The notes beneath the pieces are model-generated. The model was not told the origin of the DNA, made no database searches, and saw only the letters and a list, made by a program, of their open reading frames with translations. Position numbers and translations under genes: made by a program. From Candidatus Methanophagaceae archaeon (GTDB lineage: Archaea; Halobacteriota; Syntropharchaeia; Alkanophagales; Methanospirareceae), in contig PQXB01000001.1 in assembly GCA_003194425.1 (NCBI GenBank), positions 1,112,728-1,144,727 of the forward strand: a DNA stretch of 32,000 nucleotides. Reading direction: 5' to 3'. Below are positions 30,868 to 32,000 of the stretch, piece by piece (within the stretch, counting starts at the first letter, position 1; each line of letters opens with the position of its first letter).

Positions 30868-32000
30868 ATGAAAAGAGCAAAGAACACGCAACTTGCACAA
30901 GCACTTGCACAAGCACTTGCACAAGCACTTGCACCTACGCCTACGGTTCTACACCCTGCACCCGCGCTTCTGCCTCTGGTTGCGTTGCACGGCTTAATGC
31001 ACATTTTGGCGACGACGCTGCCTGCACTCTCGCCGTTGGTGAAGCAGGAGTTTTGTCTGACGAACACCGCGGTGGGCGTGCTCTCGTTTGCGTTCGCGGC
31101 TGCGATTGGGTTGGGGAGCGTCTTTTCTGGGCTGCTCTCGGACAGGTTTGACGGACTAAGGCTGGTGAGTCTGGGCTTATTCTTTGCCGCCGTTCTCTCT
31201 GCTCTGCTCTTCGTTTCACACGATTTTCTCTCGCTTACCCTCATTTTTGTCGTTATGGGATTCTGCCTCAGTCTTTACCACCCCTCTTCTCTCTCTTACA
31301 TCGCGAAATCCGTAAAGACCAGACGAGGCAGAGCCTTTGGCGTGCACGAGACAGGAGCGAGCCTGGGGCTTGCAGTAACGCCGTTAGTGGCGGGCTTGGT
31401 CTGTCTTTACGCGGGCTGGCGGTTCGTTTACTTGTTTTGGGCGTTTCCCACCGCCTTCTTCGCAATTCTGCTCCTCTCACTCTCACGCTCTCACTCACTC
31501 TCTCACTCACGCTCACTCTCTCACTCTCACTCACTCTCTCACTCTCACTCACTCTCACTCTCACACAACCACAAGCCGACGGAGGAGGGAGGAAGAACAA
31601 AATTAACGGTTTTCCTTCGGCAAATTGCAAGCACGGGCTCGCTGCGGAGGATTTACTTAATTGAGGGGTTGTTTGGGTTTGTCGTGGGCGGGTCGCTGAC
31701 TTTCATTCCGATTTTCTTTAACGAGGCGCTGGGGGTGAGCCCCGCGCTTGCGGTGGTGCTGACCTGCGTCTTTACAGCAGGCGGAGCGGTCGGGAAATTT
31801 GCAGGTGGGCATTTCTCGGACCTCGTGGGCGAGCGGCGGGTGATGGCTTTTGGCTTTTTCCTGACCGCTCCGTTCTTCTTCGTCGTGCCGTTCCTGCCGC
31901 TGTTCGGGGCGGTTCTGGCGTTGGCACTCGCGGGCTTGATTTTCCCGACCGTTCTGCCTGCGATAATTTCAAGGATAAGCAAGGAAGTCCCGCGGTCGAG
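30868..32000 (+). CDS. MFS transporter (3' end beyond the window)
   Basis: Absent from the ORF track because there is no stop in the window. I translated the frame by hand and it stays open from ATG 30868 to 32000. MFS motif A GLLSDRFDGLRLV. Repeats AQALAQALAQALA and SHSLSHS... are present. Confidence 0.8.
   Translation, partial: MKRAKNTQLAQALAQALAQALAPTPTVLHPAPALLPLVALHGLMHILATTLPALSPLVKQEFCLTNTAVGVLSFAFAAAIGLGSVFSGLLSDRFDGLRLVSLGLFFAAVLSALLFVSHDFLSLTLIFVVMGFCLSLYHPSSLSYIAKSVKTRRGRAFGVHETGASLGLAVTPLVAGLVCLYAGWRFVYLFWAFPTAFFAILLLSLSRSHSLSHSRSLSHSHSLSHSHSLSLSHNHKPTEEGGRTKLTVFLRQIASTGSLRRIYLIEGLFGFVVGGSLTFIPIFFNEALGVSPALAVVLTCVFTAGGAVGKFAGGHFSDLVGERRVMAFGFFLTAPFFFVVPFLPLFGAVLALALAGLIFPTVLPAIISRISKEVPRS
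30891..30934. repeat. 12-nt tandem repeat (acttgcacaagc, 3 copies plus a partial) in the MFS 5' end
   Basis: Read directly, in frame. Confidence 0.9.
31474..31565. repeat. ctcactctc-type microsatellite of about 90 nt in the MFS central loop
   Basis: Encodes SLSRSHSLSHSRSLSHSHSLSHSHSLSLSH in frame. Confidence 0.9.

Noticed and set aside
1-32000. Whether the window is a Borg-like extrachromosomal element, given the tandem repeats and multihaem cytochromes.
   Set aside because: Genes are on both strands in short operons. Core housekeeping genes dominate (uL11, uL1, FEN1, pyrI, acs, cdhD). By eye the sequence is not AT-rich in the way Borgs are reported to be. Only the repeat phenomenon is analogous.

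Overview
This looks like an archaeal (euryarchaeote-like) chromosomal segment, judged from family hallmarks read by eye. No searches were run and no statistics were computed. About 30 genes lie on both strands. Core genes are cdhD, a radical SAM gene, AMP-forming acs, pyrI, FEN1, uL11/uL1, a geranylgeranyl reductase and Mre11. Accessory blocks are: (i) a c-type cytochrome island at 5405-9754, holding a NapC/NirT-like membrane cytochrome, ccmF, an unknown lipoprotein and a tethered multihaem lipoprotein; (ii) a four-gene module at 9886-14487 with overlapping stop/start codons, encoding a surface CARDB protein, a divergent actin-fold protein, a coiled-coil protein and a GT2-like membrane protein; this is my best candidate for an undescribed system; (iii) a DUF433/DUF5615 toxin-antitoxin pair with a coupled third gene; (iv) a GbsR-like regulator, a PGF-CTERM surface protein and a split MMPL/RND exporter. 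The most pervasive signal is short perfect or near-perfect tandem repeats. Inside genes their unit lengths are multiples of 3, and they insert low-complexity peptides into otherwise conserved proteins (CcmF, Acs, PyrI, FEN1, the MMPL exporter, the MFS transporter and others). Intergenic repeats have units of 11, 13, 14 and 16 nt and sit on promoters, start codons and gene ends. I found no rRNA, tRNA, CRISPR array, transposase or integrase.
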